Below the pieces are notes generated by a model. It made no database searches, had not been told where the DNA came from, and was given only the letters and a program-made list of their open reading frames with translations. 64,000 nt of DNA, from assembly GCF_009914755.1 (NCBI RefSeq), contig NC_060928.1; one strand, given 5' to 3'. Source of the DNA: the human T2T-CHM13v2.0 reference genome, Homo sapiens. This document shows positions 52,331 to 64,000 of the stretch, in pieces; within the stretch, counting starts at the first letter, position 1, and every line of letters starts with the position of its first letter. The translations under genes were made by a program, and so were the position numbers.

Positions 52331-54550
52331 ACACATTTTATAGGTGTTAGCTTCTTCTAACAGAAATTTACTCTTCTTCCCTCTACTCTCCTCTAGGTTC
52401 AACTCTCCTGGATAATGACAAGGGACAAGCAGCTCAATCTAAGCAGTAGGCAGCTATAAGGACTCTAGTCAGAAGCCAACTTACCAAGAGAATGAACTTC
52501 CTTTCCTATATGAAGCCCCTTCCAGGAAATAATGCATACAGCTAGAACCAGTGAGGCCAGCAGATTTGCAAGTGCTGATTTGGTATATTGGTTGCAACCC
52601 AGTAGTGGGTGAAATAAGCAGAAGGCACAGTACCCAGAAGCACTTGAACCCACAGACTCAATGAATCCTATAACATACAACACAGGCCCATCACCTATAA
52701 TTTTTCATCTTTCTCCCTTTCAGTCACTTTTGCCAAATTTCCCTCAAGGTGGAGCTAACCTAATCAGGTTTTTGCATCTTTCCTGAATATTAACCCATGT
52801 ATTTATATAATTATTATCTCTCCATAATACGATTAACAAAAGAAAATGCCAAGCCAGTGTAATGCAGGAACAGTTAAATCTTTGCAGAAACCTTATCTCA
52901 TTCTCAGGTTACAAGTACGCAGAAACAGGGCAGAACACTTTCTCTATATCTCACTGGCCAGACTTACTTTATTCCTAAAGGTACTTCCACTCAAAATCCC
53001 CAGCCCGATATACTTGAGTATTAATTCAACGTGAAACTAAAATTGAGAACCCAGCTTTAATGTCTTTCATAAGACCGTCTACCTCATCCAAATGTGGCTT
53101 TTAACCCTTAAGCTATAGTTTTATTTTGATATATCCCAGTTCTACCAACTAGCCTTGATACACATCTCTCCTCTAATACAATGACATCTACTTCTCATCA
53201 ATACTATATGGGATTTTCTGTGTAAACTTGACCTCAGAAATATCTGAAAAATTCTAAGGCACAAACTATGGTAGGCCCAACAGACTCGGAGATCAATGAA
53301 GTTCTCAAAGTGAATGAACTTCTCTACATTAGTATGATGCAAAAACTAAACTCTTGATTATATGACCCCAAAGGCCTTCACAATCTACTTTCTATCTGTA
53401 TACCCTGAAGAGTTATTTAAACTTTTTTGAGACAATCCTCCTTAAAAATCATTCAAAGATTCAAATTAGGGAGTTGGCCTCAAGCTTACACATCTCTCAG
53501 AGACCCTCCTTTTTTGAGCAATATCTTCCTTTGCATTAATAGACCATGTTTTCTGATAAGTAAACCAGTACCACAGCCTCACCACTCTGTGCCTCCATTG
53601 AACACAATTGTCACTTAACTACAAGCAAAGTGGATTGACAAGTCCTCAGTAAATAATGGATGAGCATTGAATCAAAAACTAGGTATTCATTCCTACCAAA
53701 ATTGTCAATATAGTATTTTTTTAAAATTTAAAAGTTCCATTGGAAATACAGAAAGCGCTCTTTGCAAAATAGAAAAGGACAAAACTGGTACAAAGAAAAG
53801 TTTCCAGTTTCTGCAAGGTCATTATAAACAAGATTTTAAAAACAACTATTAAAAATTTCACCACAGCCCTTTCAAACAAGCTGACAGACAAAAGAAGCTA
53901 CAATGTGAAGCCTGGAACCAGGATGCTCAGTCAGCCAGTTCCTTATGAAAATAATCCCAGAATCATCATACTGTTGCATTACTCTTGACTTTCAAGTCTG
54001 AAGAGTTTTCTTTTGCTTCACTTCCTTTCAATGTGGGCGGCTCCACAGTATTCTGAAGGCAAGCTGGGACTTGAGACAACTAATGACAGGGCAGTTTCTC
54101 ATGGGCAGGTATCTAAGAAGAGGGAGATGGATTTGCTCAATTCAGGGCTGTCTTCTCAAGGAGTCCCAGGATCTAAGCATACAAAAAAAGGGGCCGGGAG
54201 GCAAAAAAAAAAAAAAGGCTCAATCTGGAAGGCACACCCAGTCAAAGCTATTTTCTTCTCCCAACACATGCTCAGAACAGTTGTGTAACTTTTGGTTTTT
54301 TATGTTAACTCGTTGAATTATCTGCTTGTATACACAATCCCACCATTAAATTTAACCTAATTAGCTAAATTTAAACACTAATTCAACCAAATGATTGACA
54401 ATTAAGTCAATCACTATTATTGATTGCATAATACTATTATTCAAGGTCTCGCTAATCACAGAGGAGCTTCGAAAGTGCCTCAATTCAGCTAAAGCCCATG
54501 GGGGTCAATGAGCCTTACATGCACATCTGTTAGCAAGTTAAGGAAAGAAA

Positions 54551-55578
54551 TTTTTGTATTTTTTTTTTTATTATTATACTTTAAGTTCTAGGGTACATGT
54601 GCACAATGTGCCGGTTTGTTACATATGTATATGTGTGCCATGTTGGTGTGCTGCACCCGTTAACTCGTCATTTACATTAGGTATATACCTAATGCTATCC
54701 CTCCCCCACCCCCACCCCCCGACAGGCCCCAGTGTGTGATGTTCCCCACCCTGTGTCCAAGTGTTCTCATTGTTCAATTCCTACCTATGAGTGAGAATAT
54801 GCAGTGTTTGGTTTTCTGTCCTTGCAATAGTTTGCTGAGAATGATGGTTTCCATCCTCATCCATGTCCCTACAAAGGACACGAACTCATCCTTTTTTATG
54901 GCTGCATAGTATTCCATGGTGTATATGTGCCACATTTTCTTAATACAGTCTATCATTGATGGACATTTGGGTTGGTTCCAAGTCTTTGCTATTGTGAATA
55001 GTGCCTCAATAAACATATGTGTGCATGTGTCTTTATAGCAGCATGATTTATAATCCTTTGGGTATATACCCAGTAATGGGATGGCTGGATCAAATGGTAT
55101 TTCTAGTTCTGGATCTTTGAGGAACTGCCACACTGTCTTCCACAATGGTTGAACTAGTTTACAGTCCCACCAACAGTGTAAAAATGTTATTTCTCCACAT
55201 CCTCTCCAGCACCTGTTGTTTCCTGACTTTTTAATGATTGCCATTCTAACTGGTATGAGATGGTATCTCATTGTGGTTTTGATTTGCATTTCTCTGGTGG
55301 CCAGTGATGATGAGCATTTTTTCATTTGTCTGTTGGCTGCATAAATGTCTTTTTTTGAGAAGTGTCTGTTCATATCCTTCACCCACTTTTTGGTGGGGTT
55401 GTTTGATTTTTCTTGAAAATCTGTTTAAGTTCTTTGTAGATTCTGGATATTAGCCCTTTGTCAGATGGGTAGATTGTAAAAATTTTCTCCCATTCTGTAG
55501 GTTGCCTGTTCACTCTGATGGTAGTTTCTTTTGCTGTGCTGAAGCTCTTTGGTTTAATTAGATCCCATTTGTCAATTT
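54551..55578 (-). mobile_element. L1PA (PA4-6-like), 5'-truncated, ~1 kb
   Basis: Poly(T) then ttattatactttaagttctagggtacatgtgcac; ORF2 C-terminus in ORF 54774-55382. Confidence 0.97.
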
Positions 55579-55582
55579 CTTC

Positions 55583-55656
55583 TAAGGAATCAGGTTTCCA
55601 GGAAGCTCAGCTTGTATTCTTGTAAGGAATCCGGTTTCCAGGAAGCTCAGCTTGTA
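55583..55656. repeat. 34-bp tandem duplication (period 40, 1 mismatch)
   Basis: taaggaatc(a/c)ggtttccaggaagctcagcttgta at 55583 and 55623. Confidence 0.93.
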
Positions 55657-55989
55657 AACAAAGTTGAAAGTCAATCGGCTGGCCTGCCAGTCTCGCTAAT
55701 AACCTATCTTAAAGTCTAGGAAGATAGAGTGTAAAAAGTGAGAATTTAATTTAAAAGCTATCCCAGGCATCATTCTGTTAAAATGAAATAGAAATAAGTA
55801 CTGTGGACTAAAAGAAGCTGGTGATTAAGAGTAAAATGGCTTCCTGGAAAGTCACTTTCTAAACAAAATCCTGTTTCTCTTTTAAAAGTACTGAATGGTC
55901 AGCACTATCCCCAACACACACACACACACAAACACGTGTGTGTGCGCATGTTTGTTATTCTTAAGTCACCAGCTACCCGATTCTACCAA

Positions 55990-56210
55990 ATAATAACAAT
56001 GATCATATATTGAGCAGCAGGCAAAATGCTTCCCATGTTTTCTCATTTAAATTTTACAACACCCCCAGAAGGGAAATCTTTTATCTTCCTGGGATAGATG
56101 AGGAATATGAAAACGAAGTTGTAGAGAAGTTAAGCAACTTGCCCAAGTTTTCTCAGTTAGTAGGTTGCAAATTTGGACCCTGGTTGTTTTGGTTCCAAAG
56201 TCACCTCTAA
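55990..56210 (-). mobile_element. MIR
   Basis: tctcatttaaattttacaacacccc..agatgaggaa..gagaagttaagcaacttgcccaag. Confidence 0.75.
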
Positions 56211-56612
56211 CTACAATTAGCTCTAAAATAAGGAACAAATATGTAGTAAAATCTTATAACAGTATACTTCACGTTTATAATTTCTTATCATCGTAATATC
56301 CCATCATGAAAGAAAAGGCATTAACCAGAAAATAGCATTTTTAAAATGCTCAAAGTACTCATAACATGAATTAGCATAAACAAATCATGAGCTGTGCAGG
56401 TTCTAATTTGACTGGCAAAAAGCTTGTAGCTCCTAATCTCACTAGAAAAACTCTTCAGGGATATTTCTGGTTTGTAAGAGAAGAGATATCATTCCAGTGG
56501 CTGAGTTTCAGGGGCAGTGGGAAAATTATCTATTGCTTTTTTAAAAAGGAAAAAGAAAAGAAACTTCTTTCTGACAACTAAAATTTTTTAATCCTTAATT
56601 GAGGCTACCAAA

Positions 56613-56748
56613 CATATCTTAGTATGAATTAGTTGTGTGTGTATATACACATATATATGTATATACACACAAACTGTGTGTCTCTATATATACACACATA
56701 ATATAGATAAATGAGTTTATAAACTCATTCATACTAAGATATGAATGA
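56613..56748. repeat. Nested palindrome cluster
   Basis: 17-bp perfect outer inverted repeat plus three internal or overlapping hairpins. Confidence 0.9.
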
Positions 56749-56809
56749 CAGCTCATACCTCTCCTGAAAATATGTCTTTGAGATGGAAGACTGAATCAGG
56801 GCTCTAGAA

Positions 56810-56997
56810 CAGTGGTTCTCAAACTTTAGTGTCTGTCCTAATCACCTGGAAAGCTTGTTAAACACAGCCTGCTGGGCTTTGCCCTCATTACCAATTGAGT
56901 ATATTTTGCATAGCAAGGTAAATAATTTGTATTTCCAAAAAGTTCCTAGGTGCTTCTGATGTTGTTAGTCCCAGGACCACACTTTTAAAGGCCTCTG
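56810..56997. mobile_element. MER5A hAT MITE
   Basis: cagtggttctcaaacttt..aatcacctggaaagcttgttaaa..ggaccacacttt; degenerate 8-bp TSD ctctagaa/ccgtagaa. Confidence 0.85.
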
Positions 56998-58036
56998 CCG
57001 TAGAACAGCTGGAGTGAACTGAAGCAGAGGTTGTTGTTTCTGAAGATGCCAAACACCAGATGTGCCAGAAAAACTTTCAAATTCCATGCAGATATGTGCT
57101 GGTCCTGCTTTAAACGTGTGAAATCATAACGCTGGGTAATCCTGGGGCTCTGACCCCACAGTCGAGCTGTTATTTGCCTAAAGCCTCTTTTTCCACCTCT
57201 GAAGCCTGCTCAGTCTCTAAACTGGGCACATCTCCCCCCTTTACGTCTTTGTCTCAATGCCCTGCAGCATGCCAACAACAGGCATGAATTGTTTCACCCA
57301 GTTCTTCGTTTGTCAGCAATTCCAGGTGCCAACTTCATCTGTTGGCTCACATTTGAAGGAAGGGCAAGGGGGAGGACAAAGGATCAGTGAAATTCATTAG
57401 GGGAGAGAGAGCACTACTCCAGAAGGCCAGTGAAATTGTTGTTACTGCTCCTGAAAAAGAATGACTTTGGGATGAGCTTAGCTTATAATATGGGCCTTAC
57501 TATTTATAGCTTGAACTATGTCATCCTCTAATATTACCAATTTTTAAAGTCAAAAAATTTGCAAAAATTCATGGGTCAGTAGGCATCAGATAATTGTTGG
57601 TCATTCATCTAAGCACTAGAGACCAACATTATTCTTTCTTGCTCATGAATATGAGAGCAGGGAAACCTTCTGTGGAATGGACAACCACAAGTAAAGTCAG
57701 TTAAGGCTTCTTGTAGGGAAGGACTAACCCTACATTAACGTAATGTATTCCTGGAAAAGTCTGGATTTTGACAATCTAGAAAATTTTTTCTTTAAAGATA
57801 AATAATGTAATTGGAACAAATAAAATAGAAAACAAAATTTTCTATGAACTTATTTTTATTTCTTATTTCTAGAAATAACTCTGTCTTTTCCTCTTTCTTG
57901 GTCTTTTATGTTTCACATTTCTATAAATTTGCTCACTCCAATACTAAATACCAGTTGGCAGAATATTTATTTGATACCTGAAGCAAGAACAAAACCAAAA
58001 AAACACTTCAGAATACCCCAGTAAAAGCAGACACCT

Positions 58037-58700
58037 TCATTTGTTCATTCAACAAGTGTTTATTCAATGCAGGGTAAGTGGGCCAAGTGTGGGCTGGGCA
58101 TAAGACAGCTGGTGGAGAGCAAGATTGACCCAGTCTCTGACTTCAAGAAGCTTTCAGTCTAGTGAAGGATCCAGATAATCTATAAGTAAATTGGTAAGTA
58201 AGGAAATATAGATTATAATAAATGCAATGAACAAAATAAACTGAGTGATGGAGAAGAGTTGGAATGGGAGGTGAGGAAAGACACGAGGGCTGCTTTCATC
58301 TGGTAGTGAGGAAAAGTCCTTCTGGGCAGGTGATATCTGAGCCCACTCTTAACAGAAGAGAAGCAGGCAACCCTGCTGAGAGGTAAGGAGAAATGGTACC
58401 AAAAACCCTGACATGAGAAGGACTTTGAGTATTTTATTGACAGAAAAAAAGGCCAGCAAGGCAAAAGTCATGTAGCACAAAAGGTTGAAGAGGTTGGCAA
58501 GGAACGTCAGGCCCAGGGTAAGGAGTTTAGATTTTATTCTAAAACTAATGAGAATTTACAAACAAGCAAGCTATTCTGAGATATAATCTAATATATTTCT
58601 GGCTGTGGTGTGGAAAATGAATTGTGAGGAACAAGAGGAAAAGTATGGAGACCCATTAGAAACTATGACAATAGTCAAGATAGGATGATGGTGTTGATTA
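58037..58700 (-). mobile_element. L2 3' region (continues ~59190-59285 beyond MLT2)
   Basis: ttcatttgttcattcaacaagtgtttatt..aagctttcagtctagtg..aaggagtttagattttattct. Confidence 0.8.
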
Positions 58701-58706
58701 CAGTAC

Positions 58707-59188
58707 TGTGATGGTTAATTAACTGTATGTGTCAACTTGACTAGGTAGAACATAAAGTGCCCAGACATATGGTCAAACATTATTCTTAGTGTGTCTGTGA
58801 AAGTGTTTCAGGATGAGGTTAACATTTGAATTGGTAGACTGAGTAAAGCAAATTGCCCTCTTTAATGTGGGTTGGCCTCATCTGATCAGTTGAAGGCCTG
58901 AATAGAACCAAAAAGCTTCAGATAAGAAAGAACTCCACTTGCCTGACTGCCTTCAAGCTGGGACATAGGTATTCTCTGCCTTTGGACTCAAACTGAAAAA
59001 TCTGCTCTTTCTGGATCTCAAGCCTACCAGCCTTCAGACTGGAACTACATCTCGGCTCTCATGGTCTCCAGGTTGCCAACCATAGATCTTGGAACTTGTC
59101 AGCCTTCACAATCATGTGAACCAATTCCTTAGGATAAATTATCTATTTTTTCTCTTGATCTGTTTCTCTGGAGAATCCTAAGAATACA
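58707..59188 (+). mobile_element. MLT2B-like ERVL solo LTR
   Basis: tgtgatggttaat..tgtgtcaacttgactagg..ctgtttctctggagaatcct..aataca. Confidence 0.9.
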
Positions 59189-61229
59189 AATGAACTTGGG
59201 GAGATATGGACAGATACAGGAAATGTTTTGGAGAGAGAATTAATAAGAACTTGGATTTGTATCAATGTAGGGATGAGGAAAAGTCCATATTAGTGTCTTT
59301 AAATAATGAATTCATTCTCATTTTTACCTACCAGTTGGTAATATGTTCTTACCCCCATAGCTTTTAAAAAGATTTAAAAAAGTATTTTTGCATAGTCCTT
59401 GACAGCCACATCCTATTTCTGCCACCCAAATGATCTACTCTGCAACCTCAGGCTAATATTTCTCTAAAAATTAGGGAGTAAGGAAGAAGTATATGCTATC
59501 TCTACTTAATAGACATTCCACACAAAAGCCATGTGACGCTCCTTCGTTGATTTTATAATGAATTTCTCACAAAATTACTAAAACAAAATTGAACCTACAA
59601 GCAAATATTTCAGACAACTTCTTTTATCCTTTGTTATTTAGAGTAGATCATCCCGAAAGTACAGTGAGACATGAGAGTCAGGTATGACTGTACATGGAGG
59701 CATGCAATGGACCTCTCCCCAAGTATGAGAGCATCACAGTACAACTTAAGCCTCCAGAAGCCAAGAAACTCATCTCATTATGTAACTTTTCCCACAGTTG
59801 TAGAGCCCAGAGCTCACAGAAACATACATGCAGCCTTTTAAAGTCATGCAGGTATTTCTGACACATGATTAGAGTGACAATTGTGAAATTAGTGGACTCC
59901 TAACTAAGGAGAGCAGGGGCTGCTGCCAGTTTTCCAGGCTCTTCCCTTAGACCCCTCTGGGTCTCTTGGCCCTCAGGTCTTAATATGAGCTGCCCAAATA
60001 GTAGCTAAATCTATTTTTAAATAGTAATTTGAGAAATACTACTTCCTCATATCAAAACACTTCATGCTTCACCAGGAGTTAAAGTGAGATAGGGGATGGC
60101 CCATTTAACCATAAATAGAGAAGAATTAAAACCCAGAAGCTTGGATTTCTGTAGGTGTAAGTGTGTTTTTGGTTGTGTTGTGTTTGCTCCTTGGAAAAAT
60201 GTGGCATCCCGTTTTTATTCTCAAAAGGCTTTAAATGCTTATTAAAAAATGTTCTTTGAAATCAAATAGCTCTGTAAAGGCTGTATTTTGATGATTTGAT
60301 TATAAATGAATGAAAAGCATATGGATTAGGTCACACATGGTTTTGAAGAATTACAGGCAAAAGTGTCTAACAAGACACATTGCAAGTTTACCAAATTCAA
60401 ACACTTGAAAGAAAATGTCACAGGATAGAGGAAAACAAGCTGACTTTATGCTAATTGAAAGGCTCACAGATGTGAGTATCTATATCTTAAGAGTTTGATC
60501 ACCACCATTAGGTGTCTCCATTCATCATTTCTGCCAAAGGTCTAGTATATTCCACATTTATAGTTTCTAGTTTAAGCTAACCACCCAAATGTACAATTTT
60601 AAAAAAGAAATGTTATTCTAAAATAGGAGGTAAGCTTAATAGTTTTCCTTCCAGCCATGGCTGAAATTCAGCTCCTAGGATGGCTATTGTATTATCATTA
60701 ACAAATTACCTACATGAACAAACATATGTGGAAAAGAAGATTTTCAGCTCTTCGTTAATGTTTTTTCTCTTAGAGAAATTTACTTTTTCCCTTCCCACAT
60801 CACATTCTGAAGCAATACTCTCCTGTGCCTATTGCAAAGTGACAGGCTAAGACACAGCAGAAGAGATTCAAAGGGAGGATCTACTTTGAATTTCAAAAAC
60901 AATGAAATTGTTTGTATTTCAAAAACAATGAATTTAGGAGAACCAAAAAATAAAAATAAAAAGTGTTAAAAATTAGGAGCTTAAACAGGTAAGGTTTTTA
61001 AGGGTGTGGGGATGGAAGTGGAAGACATGTAAAGGGTGAAGGGAGTGGCCAGGCTAAAAGGCTGAACCTAAAAGGACACACAGAGAGAAATGCAGAACCC
61101 ATCATGAAAGCAGGCAGCATCTGGGCTCCACTTGAGTGAATGCTGAACATGGCCTCCGCTCCTGAACATTGTCATTCCTTCCTGTATGATAGTTACAGCA
61201 CTTTTGTTTGTGGTGTCATTAATATGACT

Positions 61230-63480
61230 GATTTATTCCTTCTGTTTATTTTTCATGGTCAATCTTTACAGAACTATGTTACTAAGTTTTTTCAAATAAC
61301 CAGATTTTGGTTTTGATGATCATCTCTGTTGATTTTTAGTTTGCTTGCAAGCAAGCTTACTTCTTATGTCATCTTCATTCTTTTTTTTCTTCTACCATTT
61401 TTGTGTTTCTTCTGTGTTTTTTTTTCCTAGTTTTTTGAGCTAAATGTTTAATATGTCTATGTTAATTTTTTAAAGAAATGCATCTTAGGCTATAAATCTC
61501 CCTCTGAGTGCTGCTATAGCTGTATCTTGCTAATTTCAACATGCAGTAGTTGTATTGCCATCTATTACAAATATTTCAAAATTCTAATTTTGATTTCATC
61601 TTCAACTCTTACTGTTACGTTTTCTGTATTCTAAATGTATCAGAATTGGTTAAATATATTTTGTTGTTGATTTATAATCTAAGGTTATTTTGGACAAAGA
61701 ATATAACCATATTCTATGAAATCAAATAGTTGAGCAAATTTTATGTATGTTCATGTTGTACTTAGAAAAAAAGTGTTTTCTAATTTTTCAGCTCAGTGGT
61801 ATCTAAATGCTCTCTAAATCAAGCTTATTAATTGTATCATTAAAATTTTCTATATATTTACTAAATTTCATTTTATTGACCTATTATCTGTGGTCCCCTT
61901 AACCCCTTATATGAGCTATTTTATTAATTCCTCTCTTATTTCTCCTATATTTCTTTTTGCATGTATAAATAGATGCATGTATTTTTTTACTTCCCCATTT
62001 TCTTAAACAAAAAATTTGGGTGTATGTGTGTGTGCTTTAATTTTTTGTTTAACAATATAGTCTAAACATTACTCCATGTAAGTTCATAGTAGAATCTTAA
62101 CTCAGAATCCTTATCATTTTTTGTAGCTACATAGTACTCCATCATGTAAATGTGCCATAATTTAGCCAATTAATCTCTAATGTATGGGCATTTAGGTTGT
62201 TTGCAGCATCCTGCAGTTACAAATAATGCTGAAAAGAATAATTCTATGCATACATTGTTTATATTTTGGTTAATTTTAGAGTAAATTTCTAAAAATGGGG
62301 TTGCTAGGTCAAAGAGTAAATACATATGTAATTATATTATATATTGACAAATTCCCCTCCATAGAGGATCTTCCATTTTTGTATTCCCATCTGCAGTGGA
62401 GAAGATGAGTTGTTTCCTCATAGCCTTGCCAACAGAATGTGTTGTAATATTTTTAAATTTTTGCCAACCTAAGAAATGTTATCTCAGTATAGTTTTGATT
62501 TGCATTTTTCTTATTATGAGAAAAGTTGAATGCATTTTCATATGTTTGAGAGCCATTTTATATTACTTTTGTGTTGTCAGTTCATATATCTTGCCCATTT
62601 TTCAATTGAATTTTTGGTCTTCTTTCCTTAATTATTAATATTTTTATATATATTAGGGATGTCAGTGTCAGTACTTTGTGATACACGTTGAGACATTTTT
62701 TTCACAACTTGTCATTTATCTTTTAACTTTGCTAATGGTGTTATTTCTTATAAAATTTTTTTAATGTAGGCAAATTTTTCAGTCTTTTAATGCATCAGTA
62801 TTTTAAGTCATATTTAGAAGGCTTTTCTTATATATGGATTATGGAGGAATTCGCCAATGTTTTCTTTGAGTTTAATTTTCGCATTTAGATCTCTGATCCA
62901 TTTGAAGTTTATTCTTGTAGTTGGTATGAGGAATAGTTCTCATTTTTTTGTTCCAAATGATTATTTGGTTTTACTAGCACCATTTATTTTTCAAAATTCA
63001 TCTTTGCCCGAGTGTAGTTTGAATTTTCTATTCTATTCCATTGGTCTTAGTTTTCAAGCACCAACACCTTATTATTTTAATTATTGATTAGCTTTATTAT
63101 TAATATCAAAAACCTTTTTTATAGAGAGACATTTTAGTCCTCCCCTACCCCACCAACCCATAGTGCCTCCTTCTCAGTGTTTTCTTAGCTCTTCTTATGT
63201 GTTTCTCCTTCTGTATAAACTTCAGTATCAGCTTGATTTCCTTCAGGTAGAAAGCTTGTTGGTATGTTTGTTGGGATCACAAATGTACGTATCACTTAAA
63301 GAGAATGAAATTGGATGCTTTATCAAAGAAAAAGAATGGTTTCCATTTGTGTTATTTAGGAACACTTTATGATTCTCATATAGATTTTGCACATTTTTTA
63401 AGCTGTGCTAAGCATTTTGTTTACTTATTTCTTTAAGGCTATCTTAAATGGAGTTTTTCTTTCATTATAACTCCCAAATT
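61230..63480 (-). mobile_element. Old L1 (L1M/L1MC-like) fragments
   Basis: ttaggctataaatctccctctgag (ORF2 5' part); atgggcatttaggttgtttgcag, gttttgatttgcatttttcttattatgag and catttagatctctgatccatttg (ORF2 3' part/UTR). Confidence 0.75.
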
Positions 63481-63482
63481 GT

Positions 63483-64000
63483 TATATATATATATTTATA
63501 TATATATTTATATATATATTTATATATATATTTATATATATATTTATATATATATTTATATATATTTATATATATATTTATATATATATATTTATATATA
63601 TTTTTATATATTTATATATATATTTATATATATTTATATATATATTTATATATATTTATATATATATTTATATATATTTATATATATTTATATATATATT
63701 TATATATATTTACATATATTTATATATATATTTACATATATTTATATATATATTTTTATATTTATATATATATTTTTATATATTTATATATTTATATATT
63801 TATATATATATTTATATATATTTATATATTTATATATATATTTATATATATTTATATATATTTATATATTTATATATATATTTATATATATTTATATATT
63901 TATATATATATTTATATATTTATATATATATTTATATATATTTATATATTTATATATATATTTATATATATTTATATATTTATATATATATTTATATATA
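63483..64000. repeat. Long AT-only (TA)nTT array, runs off the window end
   Basis: At least 518 bp of tatatata-ttt variants with only two C residues. Confidence 0.98.

Noticed and set aside
54445-55700. Identical 11-mer gtctcgctaat on both sides of the L1
   Set aside because: About 100 bp from each junction, so not a TSD; 11-mer matches are expected by chance in 64 kb

Overview
Primate (most likely human) non-coding genomic DNA. It is AT-rich, CpG-depleted and dominated by transposable elements: 5 Alus, several L1s (young 5'-truncated L1PA copies, one with a 5' inversion, and older L1MA/L1PB/L1M fragments), many L2/MIR remnants, MaLR/ERVL LTRs including one complete two-LTR MSTA element with its target-site duplication, and hAT/Tc1-mariner MITEs. 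I found no cellular protein-coding exon, RNA gene or CpG island. The only protein-like ORFs are L1 ORF2 remnants, and I cannot name the host locus. The most unusual structure lies at about 19.1-20.7 kb: two interleaved inverted duplications (A..B'A'..B) in which both copies of B grew a palindromic 27-bp minisatellite with copy-specific unit variants. Other fold-back or template-switch-like scars are scattered through the window, and it ends in a >500-bp almost pure-AT array. These are structural curiosities; nothing here demonstrates a new functional system. Subfamily names come from recalled consensus sequences, not a database search, and old-element boundaries are approximate.
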